A stretch of DNA of 63,701 nt, the filler included, from Lama guanicoe (lineage: Eukaryota): the NCBI GenBank assembly GCA_013239625.1. It is 209 parts of 209 records of this genome, joined end to end, with 100 filler letters (N's around TTAATTAATTAA, not from the genome) between each part and the next. Parts side by side here need not be neighbours in the genome. Positions count along the whole stretch, not along the records: positions 12,201 to 12,405 come from PNXV01033366.1; positions 12,506 to 12,710 come from PNXV01033367.1; positions 12,811 to 13,015 come from PNXV01033368.1; positions 13,116 to 13,320 come from PNXV01033369.1; positions 13,421 to 13,625 come from PNXV01033370.1; positions 13,726 to 13,930 come from PNXV01033371.1; positions 14,031 to 14,235 come from PNXV01033372.1; positions 14,336 to 14,540 come from PNXV01033373.1; 201 more parts are not named here. The stretch is one strand, 5' to 3'. The position numbers and the translations under genes are program-made. The notes beneath the pieces were generated by a model. The model was not told the DNA's origin, searched no databases, and saw nothing but the letters and a program-made list of their open reading frames with translations. The first letter of the stretch is position 1; each line of letters begins with the position of its first letter. Shown here piece after piece: positions 12,101 through 24,603 of the stretch.

Positions 12101-13420
12101 NNNNNNNNNNNNNNNNNNNNNNNNNNNNNNNNNNNNNNNNNNNNTTAATTAATTAANNNNNNNNNNNNNNNNNNNNNNNNNNNNNNNNNNNNNNNNNNNN
12201 ATGTTTATAAAGATTTTGGCAACAGTATCTTGGACACATGCATGTATCAGAAGCTATAAAATTATGCTTTAAATATGTGCAATTATATGTCAAAACTATT
12301 TAAAAATGATACTTAAGAAAGATTATTCAGCCCTTATCTCGGCATGCAAGGTCCCAGTAATGTTATTAGTGTGAAATACACATTGGTGAAGAACTAGAGA
12401 ACATGNNNNNNNNNNNNNNNNNNNNNNNNNNNNNNNNNNNNNNNNNNNNTTAATTAATTAANNNNNNNNNNNNNNNNNNNNNNNNNNNNNNNNNNNNNNN
12501 NNNNNAAACTGTGAATTAATTTTCCATGTTCTTTGTGAGCTCAAACAAATGCAGTTCAAATTAAAAAGCAAACCAAGATTGGAAAACCTATTGACTTAAG
12601 GCACAATGTCCATCCTCTTGACTCTTAAGGTTAAAAATGAAAAGAAGTGAAAAAGTGGTCTATGGAGAGTCCTCATTTATAGCATAAAGAATGAAGATTT
12701 GCATGCTGCANNNNNNNNNNNNNNNNNNNNNNNNNNNNNNNNNNNNNNNNNNNNTTAATTAATTAANNNNNNNNNNNNNNNNNNNNNNNNNNNNNNNNNN
12801 NNNNNNNNNNTCTCAGCGTTGAGTAAGGCTCTTACGGGTTCTCTACTGCACCCCCTACCACACTAGCTGTGAGACTGAGAGACCAGGGGTCTCTCTGACA
12901 CTTCTGCCCTCCCCGCCTGCCCTCCGCAGCCGGTCAGGCCGGTTGCCTCCCGCCTCCGTTTTCCCGCTTTCTCCTTCGAGTTTCAGCACCGGAACTGTTG
13001 ACAGTATGGAAGTGTNNNNNNNNNNNNNNNNNNNNNNNNNNNNNNNNNNNNNNNNNNNNTTAATTAATTAANNNNNNNNNNNNNNNNNNNNNNNNNNNNN
13101 NNNNNNNNNNNNNNNAGCAAGTTCTATCAAAACTTCAAGTAATAGATATTACCACTCTCATATAGACATTGAGATAATAGAAAAAAATGGAATGTCCTAA
13201 TTTCCCTACATAAAGCAAGTACATGTTTGATGCAAGACCAGGCAGGACTCATGAAATAAATTAATTTCACCAGTTATTGTAAATATATCATGCATAAAAA
13301 TACTGAACAAACTGAATACANNNNNNNNNNNNNNNNNNNNNNNNNNNNNNNNNNNNNNNNNNNNTTAATTAATTAANNNNNNNNNNNNNNNNNNNNNNNN
13401 NNNNNNNNNNNNNNNNNNNN

Positions 13421-13590
13421 GGGCTACAGAGTTGCAAAGCAGAAGCAGCCTAGGTCCCAGAGTCACTGCATGGCAGAAAGTCAGGTGGCAGAGCTACCTG
13501 GCCCACCTTGGACTTGAGTAAAAAATAACCCTTTATTCTGTTACATCACTGAGATTTGGGTGTGTTTCCTACTACGGCAGCTAGCACTGA
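13421..13590 (+). mobile_element. MaLR (MLT1-type) LTR fragment
   Basis: AGAAGCAGCCTAGGTCCC...TTGGACTT...CACTGAGATTTGGG. Confidence 0.65.
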
Positions 13591-14945
13591 TGACCTCTCA
13601 GCCTATAAAATGCTCTCCCCACTTTNNNNNNNNNNNNNNNNNNNNNNNNNNNNNNNNNNNNNNNNNNNNTTAATTAATTAANNNNNNNNNNNNNNNNNNN
13701 NNNNNNNNNNNNNNNNNNNNNNNNNTTTACTATTTTTCAAGACTTCTCTTAGGATTCACAGAAATGCAGAGAGTTCCAGGGACCCCTCCCCCCAATAAAA
13801 ATGACAAAACTAGCTTCCTCAATTCTACTTCGTTTCCATATTCCTAATTTCACGAAAATATCTCTACTTTTGAGGGGACTATATAACCAATATTCTTGGT
13901 GGTTTTCCCATATTTTTAATAGAAGTTATTNNNNNNNNNNNNNNNNNNNNNNNNNNNNNNNNNNNNNNNNNNNNTTAATTAATTAANNNNNNNNNNNNNN
14001 NNNNNNNNNNNNNNNNNNNNNNNNNNNNNNTATTTGGCAATGGAAAATTACATGTGTTCATTTGTGAAGAGATAAAAGTAGTTCAAAGTTGTATATTAAA
14101 AAGGTACAAAGCCATCCTTTACTCTGATTTCAGAGTGATGCATGTAATTTGCAAATTTAACTATTGCAGTGCTTAAAACTTTTCAATAACTCACTGTGTC
14201 TTTGTGATAAGGCTGCCCTCCACGGTATGGCATAGNNNNNNNNNNNNNNNNNNNNNNNNNNNNNNNNNNNNNNNNNNNNTTAATTAATTAANNNNNNNNN
14301 NNNNNNNNNNNNNNNNNNNNNNNNNNNNNNNNNNNAATGTTTATTTGGTTGGACCAGCTGTTCCACATACTGGCCTGATGAGGAGTTTATTTTTAGCTCC
14401 TCTCAAACCCGCACTGAAAGTGAGGGAGAGCTTTGGGTGAGACGCAGTCCCCTCTGGGCCATGAGGCCAGCTGCAGAGGTGGCCGAGGCCGGGGAGAGCC
14501 TGGGAACTCCAGCCCTGTGAGGGCTGGGCTGTGCTCACTGNNNNNNNNNNNNNNNNNNNNNNNNNNNNNNNNNNNNNNNNNNNNTTAATTAATTAANNNN
14601 NNNNNNNNNNNNNNNNNNNNNNNNNNNNNNNNNNNNNNNNAAAAATTTCATTACTTTTTGCATACTGGGGCTTTGGATACACCTTTGTGTGAGCATGCAA
14701 AAATTTTAGGGTGAAATTAAACAATTATAAGCATTTATTTAGACATCTACTCTGCGATACTTGAAATTTCTCATGTTATCTTACCCATCAGGTATTTAGT
14801 TTCTTAAATCTGTACCTTTCCACACTGTACACATTTTTTTTTTAANNNNNNNNNNNNNNNNNNNNNNNNNNNNNNNNNNNNNNNNNNNNTTAATTAATTA
14901 ANNNNNNNNNNNNNNNNNNNNNNNNNNNNNNNNNNNNNNNNNNNN

Positions 14946-15150
14946 TGTACATATATATATACACCAAATATCAGAGCAAATACATATTTAAAACAAATGT
15001 TGACAAATCAGAAAGGAAAAATTGTCTGCAATATAACAGTAATAGGAGACTTCAATGTGTGACTTTGAATCATTGATAGTTTAACCAGATAGCAAGTTCA
15101 AAAAGAAACAGTGGACTTGAACTACACTATAGTGCAAACAAGACTGACTA
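14946..15150 (+). mobile_element. LINE-1 ORF2 endonuclease fragment, degenerate
   Basis: IYTPNIRA, VIGDFN and KETVDLNYTI motifs. Confidence 0.88.
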
Positions 15151-15301
15151 NNNNNNNNNNNNNNNNNNNNNNNNNNNNNNNNNNNNNNNNNNNNTTAATT
15201 AATTAANNNNNNNNNNNNNNNNNNNNNNNNNNNNNNNNNNNNNNNNNNNNGGGAGGGCAAAAATGGAAGCATCTTGTGCATTTAAAAGCAATTTCAAGGT
15301 A

Positions 15302-15444
15302 GGGGAGGGGATAGCTCAAAGTGGCAGAGCATGTGCTTAGCACGTGCGAGGTCCCGGGTTCAACCCCCAGCCCCTCCCTTAAAATAAATAAAGAAATCTA
15401 GTCACTAGCCTTTCAAAAATTTTTTATAAATAAATAAATAAAAA
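15302..15444 (+). mobile_element. Near-complete tRNA-derived SINE (camelid Vic-1 type)
   Basis: GGGGAGGGGATAGCTCAAAGTGGCAGAGC (A-box), GGTTCAACCCC (B-box), A-rich (TAAA)n tail. Confidence 0.88.
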
Positions 15445-17690
15445 CGCAATGATAANNNNNNNNNNNNNNNNNNNNNNNNNNNNNNNNNNNNNNNNNNNNT
15501 TAATTAATTAANNNNNNNNNNNNNNNNNNNNNNNNNNNNNNNNNNNNNNNNNNNNGGACTCACATCATTTATTGCCTTCTCTTCAAATGAATGACTTTTT
15601 AAAATTACATGACCAATTTAGTTAAGATAAATGTTTGCTAAGCACAGAATTTTAAAAAAATCGAACTACATATAACCAAGTTTTCAAGAGTAACATAAAT
15701 TAAAATTTACGTACAATATGTAAAATGTTCCTTTTAAATACCAAATAATCACATGTATTTNNNNNNNNNNNNNNNNNNNNNNNNNNNNNNNNNNNNNNNN
15801 NNNNTTAATTAATTAANNNNNNNNNNNNNNNNNNNNNNNNNNNNNNNNNNNNNNNNNNNNGTGTCTTTACATAATCATTCTGGTCACCAGGCTCCAGGAA
15901 GAGGCCTGCACCCAACATTTGCTGAGCTTGGGGCAAGAATATAAATGGCCCACATCTAACAAGTCTAAATATTTAAAGGGATCAATCAGTTGTTTAACAA
16001 ACAGTTTAATCAAGTATGGTTTAAAAAATAATGACAGAATTAAAAAATATGTGAAAATGTATGGTNNNNNNNNNNNNNNNNNNNNNNNNNNNNNNNNNNN
16101 NNNNNNNNNTTAATTAATTAANNNNNNNNNNNNNNNNNNNNNNNNNNNNNNNNNNNNNNNNNNNNTCCACTCTGTAGCCTTTCCCTTTATTGCTGAGCAG
16201 TTTGTCTCTGCTCCGCATGGGCACGTAGAATGCTAGGAAGTGTCTGCCGCATGTGGTGGGAGTCCCCAGGGGCTGGTACCATTCTGCACGTTGATCTACA
16301 TCCACCCTCCCATCTTCCGCCTCTGTGTGTGATGTTGCTGCTGACCCAGAAAAAGGAAATGCTCTTCTTANNNNNNNNNNNNNNNNNNNNNNNNNNNNNN
16401 NNNNNNNNNNNNNNTTAATTAATTAANNNNNNNNNNNNNNNNNNNNNNNNNNNNNNNNNNNNNNNNNNNNTGTGGCCAGGAGCATGGTCCCCCATGGTTG
16501 CCAGAGCCAGGTGTTCCAGGAGTGTCCCCTGTGAAGGCTGCAGGTGCCTTCCTGTTCTGGCTGGGATGTGCTTGCTGCAGGTACACTGCTGTGCAAATAC
16601 AGAGCCACTTTTGGGGGCACTGGTGTTGGCTAAGGATGCTCACTGGCCTGGCAGGGCTGGGAGCCACTCTGGAGGNNNNNNNNNNNNNNNNNNNNNNNNN
16701 NNNNNNNNNNNNNNNNNNNTTAATTAATTAANNNNNNNNNNNNNNNNNNNNNNNNNNNNNNNNNNNNNNNNNNNNTTTTTTTTGGCTATTTCTCCCTTTA
16801 AAATACCTTTTGACTTTTAAAAACAGAACATCCAGGAGTGAACCTATCATATAATGTATTATAATTGTTTTTGAGCTAATTTTGAAGGCTATTTGTTCCA
16901 TAGCTTAAAAAGAACCAAAGCCTCCAATTACTATCTTCTCTTGGTTTAAGAATAACAAGTTTTAACTGGAGATCAGAGGANNNNNNNNNNNNNNNNNNNN
17001 NNNNNNNNNNNNNNNNNNNNNNNNTTAATTAATTAANNNNNNNNNNNNNNNNNNNNNNNNNNNNNNNNNNNNNNNNNNNNTTTTTTTTGGCTATTTCTCC
17101 CTTTAAAATACCTTTTGACTTTTAAAAACGGAACATCCAGGAGTGAACCTATCATATAATGTATCATAATTGTTTCTGAGCTAATTTTGAAGGCTATTTG
17201 TTCCATATCTTAAAAAGAACCAAAGCCTCCAATTATTATCTTCTCTTGGTTTAAGAATAACAAGTTTTAACTGGAGATCAGAGGANNNNNNNNNNNNNNN
17301 NNNNNNNNNNNNNNNNNNNNNNNNNNNNNTTAATTAATTAANNNNNNNNNNNNNNNNNNNNNNNNNNNNNNNNNNNNNNNNNNNNAAGCCAGGCAGCAGC
17401 TCAGAAGATACACGAGGGAGTAATGAAATGTTGCACTACAGCCACCCTTCATAGTTAGAAACCATCACGGACAATTCAGACACAGACATGCTGTGTAAAC
17501 AGGTAACAAACAACTGCCTGGGAAGCAAATCCGGAAGGCAGCAAGAACCAGGCTGGACACAGGCAGCATCGTGTTTTAGATGAAATGAAANNNNNNNNNN
17601 NNNNNNNNNNNNNNNNNNNNNNNNNNNNNNNNNNTTAATTAATTAANNNNNNNNNNNNNNNNNNNNNNNNNNNNNNNNNNNNNNNNNNNN

Positions 17691-17895
17691 GAAGACATAC
17701 AAATGGCCAATAGGCACATGAAAAAAATCACTCAATATCACTAATTATCAGAGAAATGCAAACAAAAACTGCAGTGAGGCCATCATTAAAAAGTCCACAA
17801 ATGATAAATATTGGAGAAAAGGGAACCCTCCTACACTTGGTGGGAATGCAGTTTGATGGAGCCATTATGGAAAACAGTATGGAGATTCCTCAAAA
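17691..17895 (+). mobile_element. LINE-1 ORF2 C-terminal fragment with internal deletions
   Basis: EDIQMANRHMKK, IIREMQTKT and MENSMEIPQ motifs. Confidence 0.92.
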
Positions 17896-17995
17896 NNNNN
17901 NNNNNNNNNNNNNNNNNNNNNNNNNNNNNNNNNNNNNNNTTAATTAATTAANNNNNNNNNNNNNNNNNNNNNNNNNNNNNNNNNNNNNNNNNNNN

Positions 17996-18200
17996 GTAAA
18001 ATATACCAAACAAAATTTCACATTTCACCTTTTTTAAGTGTCCAGTTCAGTGACATTAAGGGCGTTCACATTCTTGGGAGCCCAGCAGCACCATGCAGTC
18101 ACAGAATGTTTACATCTCCCAAACCTGAAACTCAATCCTCATGAAACACTAACTCCACATCCCTCTGCCCTCCATCCCTGGGAAGCACCACTGCCCTCCC
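17996..18200 (-). mobile_element. Old LINE-1 3' end
   Basis: TTTTTAAGTGTCCAGTTCAGTGACATTAAG...TTCACATT, typical L1M 3' terminus. Confidence 0.75.
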
Positions 18201-18398
18201 NNNNNNNNNNNNNNNNNNNNNNNNNNNNNNNNNNNNNNNNNNNNTTAATTAATTAANNNNNNNNNNNNNNNNNNNNNNNNNNNNNNNNNNNNNNNNNNNN
18301 TTATTGACGCACAACAAGAATTCTGAAGCAACAACTCTAGAGATTTTTACTTGGAAAAAACAAAACAAAACAAAACACTGCATGCTACCAGCCCATAG

Positions 18399-18505
18399 TA
18401 TTTTGGGGGGTTGTGTAATTAGGTTTGTTTGTTTGTTTACCTATCATTTCTTTTTCAATGGAGGTACTGGGATTGAACCCAGGACCTAATGCATGCTAAG
18501 CATGT
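18399..18505 (-). mobile_element. tRNA-derived SINE (Vic-1 type), reverse strand, truncated
   Basis: (TTTG)n tail then GGAGGTACTGGGATTGAACCCAGGACC...GCATGCTAAGCA. Confidence 0.85.
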
Positions 18506-18910
18506 NNNNNNNNNNNNNNNNNNNNNNNNNNNNNNNNNNNNNNNNNNNNTTAATTAATTAANNNNNNNNNNNNNNNNNNNNNNNNNNNNNNNNNNNNNNN
18601 NNNNNACATAAAAGGCAAAACATTAGGGATTCCCATCAGGAGACCTTTCTGTGAGCCATTCCACTGTGGCTGCTGTAGCCTTTCCCATCCTTCACCTCAT
18701 GTGCTCCACAGGCACCTCACTGCCTTGGTGCCTCAAGAACCTGGTCTGGGATTCCCAAAGTTTAGTACAAATCAACAACTTTAGGATTTATTATAGGTGC
18801 TGACATCAGGNNNNNNNNNNNNNNNNNNNNNNNNNNNNNNNNNNNNNNNNNNNNTTAATTAATTAANNNNNNNNNNNNNNNNNNNNNNNNNNNNNNNNNN
18901 NNNNNNNNNN

Positions 18911-19115
18911 GGAGATGATTTGTGCTTGGGGACATCATGCAGGCTTACTGTGGTGAGGTCGACTTGGGGACATGTTGGCCTGGATACATGATGTGGACTC
19001 GGGGAGTCAATGCGGGCTTGGGGAGATGATGCGGGCCTAGGGAGACTATGTGGTTTCTGAGACATTATGTGAGCTGGGGAGATCATGTTGTCCTGGGGAC
19101 ATGATGCAGGACTGT
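18911..19115. repeat. Degenerate minisatellite, unit ~19-20 bp (GGGGAGATSATGYGGGCYT-like)
   Basis: GGGGA(G/C)A...ATG recurs about every 19-20 nt across the contig. Confidence 0.8.
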
Positions 19116-20130
19116 NNNNNNNNNNNNNNNNNNNNNNNNNNNNNNNNNNNNNNNNNNNNTTAATTAATTAANNNNNNNNNNNNNNNNNNNNNNNNNNNNN
19201 NNNNNNNNNNNNNNNCCCGGGAAGGCAAAGCCCCGCTGACTGCCTTCTTGGTCCCCTGTCCTCCGAACTCAGGCCTCTGTCCCCCCAACCCCGGGCACTG
19301 AGCAGGCCCTCAGAGACAGGGTGGGGGAAAGACCTTGATTTCTTATATCTCAGAATTAATCTTTGGCCCCTTGAGCCTCTATGCATTGCCCCGGGGGTGG
19401 CCTCGCTGTGGCCTGGCCACNNNNNNNNNNNNNNNNNNNNNNNNNNNNNNNNNNNNNNNNNNNNTTAATTAATTAANNNNNNNNNNNNNNNNNNNNNNNN
19501 NNNNNNNNNNNNNNNNNNNNAAAGCTATGCCAAGGTAGTCAGATGCCAGATTTATAAAGAAATGACAAATCTAAGTTGAATTTGTGGGCTTAGATTTGGA
19601 AAGGCATTAAGTGCCACCTTCAGGTCGTAAGCTTTTCTTTGGCTGGAATATAAAAGTAACATAAAGTATTGACTAGATAATTTAGTGTAGACTCTTGAGG
19701 GCAGGAAATGAAAGCACCAATTGGANNNNNNNNNNNNNNNNNNNNNNNNNNNNNNNNNNNNNNNNNNNNTTAATTAATTAANNNNNNNNNNNNNNNNNNN
19801 NNNNNNNNNNNNNNNNNNNNNNNNNTGCCCACTGGGGCCACGCAGGGCTCTTTTCTTGCAGCGATGTGCATATTTAGTTCCCATTAGTGATGAGTTATAT
19901 GGCCATATTGACATAAGAATAGATCCCTTGGGCTCTATGTGGAGAGTACAGGTTTTAATTGAGAAGTACTTTTAAAAAACAAACAAATATCCCACAAATC
20001 AAAAAAGAAAAACCTAAAATTAAATTACTTNNNNNNNNNNNNNNNNNNNNNNNNNNNNNNNNNNNNNNNNNNNNTTAATTAATTAANNNNNNNNNNNNNN
20101 NNNNNNNNNNNNNNNNNNNNNNNNNNNNNN

Positions 20131-20335
20131 TTTCACTGGTTTCTCAGTCTGTCTCCTAGTGTCGGTTTGAAGTTCCTGCAGTTTTCAGTGTGAAACAGAG
20201 TTGCAGCTTACATCTTCCCTTATATATTTATGCAGTTGTGTTTGCAACTGAAGAGAAAATATTTGTTCCAACAAGCTAAGTGAAGAACGGCATTCACACA
20301 TGCTTAACTCTCAAAACTGAGCATGTGGAGAGACG
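20131..20335. repeat. Complex satellite monomer fragment, family shared with 38736-38940 and 63496-63701
   Basis: Colinear homology, e.g. CCTAGTGYCGGTTTGAAGTTCCTGCA and GCTTAACTCTCA...TGAGCATGTGGAGAGACG. Confidence 0.75.
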
Positions 20336-20591
20336 NNNNNNNNNNNNNNNNNNNNNNNNNNNNNNNNNNNNNNNNNNNNTTAATTAATTAANNNNNNNNN
20401 NNNNNNNNNNNNNNNNNNNNNNNNNNNNNNNNNNNATTGTGTATAATTCCCTGATCTAAACAGATTATCCTTGTTGCTTCTCTCCTTTATTTATACATTA
20501 TATCTCTCAAAATAATACCATAAAATTGTCCTTCCCTTCCATTTTTGCTTCACTCTTGCCTATCAAATCTCTCTATCTCTCTACCATGTCT

Positions 20592-20640
20592 CTATCAATC
20601 AATCAATCAGTCAATCTGTCTGTCTATCTATCTATCTATC
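20592..20640. repeat. Compound tetranucleotide microsatellite (TCAA)(TCTG)(TCTA)
   Basis: Seen directly. Confidence 0.9.
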
Positions 20641-20740
20641 NNNNNNNNNNNNNNNNNNNNNNNNNNNNNNNNNNNNNNNNNNNNTTAATTAATTAANNNN
20701 NNNNNNNNNNNNNNNNNNNNNNNNNNNNNNNNNNNNNNNN

Positions 20741-20945
20741 ATGCGACTGACAAGGGACTAATTTCCAAAATATACAAACAGCTCATACAACTCAATTTTT
20801 TTAAAAAAGCAACCCAATCAAAAAATGGACAGAAGACCTAAATAGACACCTCTTCAGAGAAGACATCCAGATATCCAACAAGCACATGGAAAGACACTCA
20901 ACATCACTAATTGTTAGAGAAATTCAAATCAAAACTACAATGAGA
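20741..20945 (+). mobile_element. LINE-1 ORF2 C-terminal fragment
   Basis: ATDKGLISKIYKQLIQLN and [13 protein letters not shown] motifs. Confidence 0.93.
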
Positions 20946-21655
20946 NNNNNNNNNNNNNNNNNNNNNNNNNNNNNNNNNNNNNNNNNNNNTTAATTAATTA
21001 ANNNNNNNNNNNNNNNNNNNNNNNNNNNNNNNNNNNNNNNNNNNNTTATGCAAATAAGCACAGCCAAAGAGAATGCACAAAATAGGATGCAGGAACAACA
21101 GAAAATGAGACAACGATGGCCCTTCCATCTATTCCGGCAGCAATCTGCTGAAAAGAGCCTCTTCCATGGGCAGAAGGTCAGAATTTTGTCAGTGAGAATG
21201 ACACAGCTGCTCCTGATCCGGCTCCAAGTGCTCACTCTCCGGCAAGAGGCNNNNNNNNNNNNNNNNNNNNNNNNNNNNNNNNNNNNNNNNNNNNTTAATT
21301 AATTAANNNNNNNNNNNNNNNNNNNNNNNNNNNNNNNNNNNNNNNNNNNNAATTTTAAATATAATCAAGCAGAAAGAGAAAAAGTACACCCAAGGAAGAA
21401 TTGTATATGCAAGCGGGAAAAATTTAAATTAGGCATAGAAACAATACACATACGCATATATCATTTCAAGACACTTGTCATAAGAACAGGAACTTTACAT
21501 TTTCTCAATCTATAAAGAACAGAAAATTTTATTAATGCAACAGAAAACAGACTAGNNNNNNNNNNNNNNNNNNNNNNNNNNNNNNNNNNNNNNNNNNNNT
21601 TAATTAATTAANNNNNNNNNNNNNNNNNNNNNNNNNNNNNNNNNNNNNNNNNNNN

Positions 21656-21860
21656 TAAAGTTACAATGAATGAATGTAACAAAGCAGAGAGATTCTGAAG
21701 GCAAATTAGTGGCTACAAATGGGGAAAGGACAGGGGAAGGAGTAAGACAGGGCTATGAGATCAGAGGTACAAACTACTATGCATAAAATAAATAAGTTGC
21801 AGGAAAATATTGTACAGCACAAGGAATATAGTGGAGATTTTACTATCACTTTCTTTTTTT
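21656..21860 (+). mobile_element. LINE-1 3' UTR
   Basis: GAGGTACAAACTACTATGCATAAAATAAATAAG...TGTACAGCACAAGGAATATAG. Confidence 0.85.
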
Positions 21861-22265
21861 NNNNNNNNNNNNNNNNNNNNNNNNNNNNNNNNNNNNNNNN
21901 NNNNTTAATTAATTAANNNNNNNNNNNNNNNNNNNNNNNNNNNNNNNNNNNNNNNNNNNNATAGGACATTTGGGGAAAAAGTAAGAACTATAGAGATAGA
22001 AGTTAGAGCACTGATTCCCAATACCTGGGGCTGGGAAAGGGTTCGGGGGGAAAATGTTTTTTGGGTGATGCTGGTCATTATGCAACTGCATGGGTTTGTC
22101 AAAATTCAACAGGCCATATGCTTAAAAAGGATTAGTATTACCATCTGGAAATTCAGACTCGATATNNNNNNNNNNNNNNNNNNNNNNNNNNNNNNNNNNN
22201 NNNNNNNNNTTAATTAATTAANNNNNNNNNNNNNNNNNNNNNNNNNNNNNNNNNNNNNNNNNNNN

Positions 22266-22470
22266 AGTGTTTCAGGTGTACAGCAATGTGATTCAGCTAC
22301 ATATATGTTCTCCTCTTACAGATCCTTTCTATTATAGGTAATTACAAGGTATTGAATACAGTGCCCTGTGCTGTACAGAAGATCCTTGTGGTTTATCTCT
22401 TTTATATGTAGTACTGTGTAGCTGTTGATCCCAAATTCCTAATTTAATTCCTCCTCCCATTTCCCCCTTT
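22266..22470 (-). mobile_element. LINE-1 3' UTR
   Basis: GTTTCAGGTGTACAGCAATGTGATTCAG...CCCTGTGCTGTACAG. Confidence 0.88.
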
Positions 22471-23485
22471 NNNNNNNNNNNNNNNNNNNNNNNNNNNNNN
22501 NNNNNNNNNNNNNNTTAATTAATTAANNNNNNNNNNNNNNNNNNNNNNNNNNNNNNNNNNNNNNNNNNNNCCATCATGCGTTCCACGGACTGACGGAGGA
22601 CCTACTGTGTGACGGACACCGTGCCCACCGCAGACCCGTCCCTGCCCCTTACCAAGCATGTGTCGTTCCACAGAGAGACGGGTGATAAACAGGACGTAGC
22701 GCACCCTCTGCGTGCTCCACATTTAAGCCCCACGTTCCTATTGAACATAGTATGGAATATCTAGCAATGTTTCCTNNNNNNNNNNNNNNNNNNNNNNNNN
22801 NNNNNNNNNNNNNNNNNNNTTAATTAATTAANNNNNNNNNNNNNNNNNNNNNNNNNNNNNNNNNNNNNNNNNNNNTTACAGGGCAGCACCTTGATGAGCC
22901 TGGAAGAACCAGATGGTCTTCTGCGTTCGCATTTGAGACTGAAGTGCACACTTACAACATTTCAGTGAGAGTGCCTTTCAACCAATGATATTCTGTTCTT
23001 ATAATGCAAACCAAATGATGTGGTAATGACGTGTGATTATCTGGGGCTTATTTAAAATATTCTGTAAGGACCACCAAGTANNNNNNNNNNNNNNNNNNNN
23101 NNNNNNNNNNNNNNNNNNNNNNNNTTAATTAATTAANNNNNNNNNNNNNNNNNNNNNNNNNNNNNNNNNNNNNNNNNNNNAGTCTCGTGTTAACACATTT
23201 ATTGGTGGGAATCTGTTTAATTTCTGCCTCCACCATGCAAATCTAGGCTTTCTGAGAGAACTGAGTCTGAGTCCATTTGCTCCCTGCTCTCCAAACCTAA
23301 CCAGGTGTCTTTCTTTAATTACACGCTCAAACCCTCTGCTGAATGAATAAAATTAAAGAAAGACTATTTCAGAGTATCCCTTTTTNNNNNNNNNNNNNNN
23401 NNNNNNNNNNNNNNNNNNNNNNNNNNNNNTTAATTAATTAANNNNNNNNNNNNNNNNNNNNNNNNNNNNNNNNNNNNNNNNNNNN

Positions 23486-23690
23486 AAAAAAATGGAATTT
23501 TTAAAACCCTGCAATATCAGACCAAAAGCTTCTGCATGTCAGAGGGAACCATCAGCAGACTGAAGAGACAACCTGCAGAAAGGGAGAACATATTTGCAAA
23601 CCATGCATCTGATAAGGGGTTAACATCTAAAATATAGGAAGAACTCAAACAACTCAAGTAGCAAGAAAACATTTAGAAGTTTTAAATGAT
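23486..23690 (+). mobile_element. LINE-1 ORF2 fragment
   Basis: KRQPAE and IFANHASDKGLTSKI motifs. Confidence 0.88.
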
Positions 23691-24400
23691 NNNNNNNNNN
23701 NNNNNNNNNNNNNNNNNNNNNNNNNNNNNNNNNNTTAATTAATTAANNNNNNNNNNNNNNNNNNNNNNNNNNNNNNNNNNNNNNNNNNNNTAGCCTGGTA
23801 AGTCTGTAACTCAGAGCCTGGCCTCTGCCAGGGCCCCTGAGTCCCCAGACCTGTTCATGGTCACCGAGCAGGCATCTTCCCCAATGACCCTTTGCCTCCT
23901 CTGTCACTGTCCTCTGGAAGCCCATCCCCAGGGCCCTCCCTGTGCAGCTCTGCCTCTGGGTCCCCCTGTGTTCCTGACCCCCAGGCCTTAGCACCNNNNN
24001 NNNNNNNNNNNNNNNNNNNNNNNNNNNNNNNNNNNNNNNTTAATTAATTAANNNNNNNNNNNNNNNNNNNNNNNNNNNNNNNNNNNNNNNNNNNNTCGAT
24101 AAGCTTCACCATAATTTACCTTCATTCTTATAGTGGGAACAAATGTGATACTATTTTGATATGTAGCATTATATTATAAATATTATATGTTAATTTAGTC
24201 ATTCCCAAGGTTTTCACTCTCAAAAGGTAAATGCTCTTTAAGGCAGCTCATTTGTTTGTAAGTAAGTTTGCTAGTATTTGGAATTAATATATATGGAATA
24301 NNNNNNNNNNNNNNNNNNNNNNNNNNNNNNNNNNNNNNNNNNNNTTAATTAATTAANNNNNNNNNNNNNNNNNNNNNNNNNNNNNNNNNNNNNNNNNNNN

Positions 24401-24603
24401 CAAAACAAAACAAAGCAACGGTGCAGTTTTCCCTCTCTTGGATTGTCCCACTCCCAATTTTCAAGCGTGTACTGTCCTTCACTGTTTTTTTTACTTTACT
24501 AATAAAAAATCTTGCTTATATCACACTTTTTTTCTCTTCAAAAAAATTTTTTTCTGGGTGACTAAAAACTGAGATAATTATTATTTACCTTTTCCTGGTA
24601 ACA
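24401..24603 (+). mobile_element. Probable ERV LTR 3' end
   Basis: GTGTACT...AATAAA...TTTCCTGGTAACA terminal pattern. Confidence 0.55.

Noticed and set aside
15302..15377. tRNA gene
   Set aside because: Degenerate cloverleaf, A-rich tail and several dispersed truncated copies indicate a SINE.
22886..22947. C/D box snoRNA (TGATGA...CTGA with a GCAC/GTGC stem)
   Set aside because: Imperfect C box, short length and no recognisable rRNA/snRNA guide; such motifs are expected by chance in about 43 kb.
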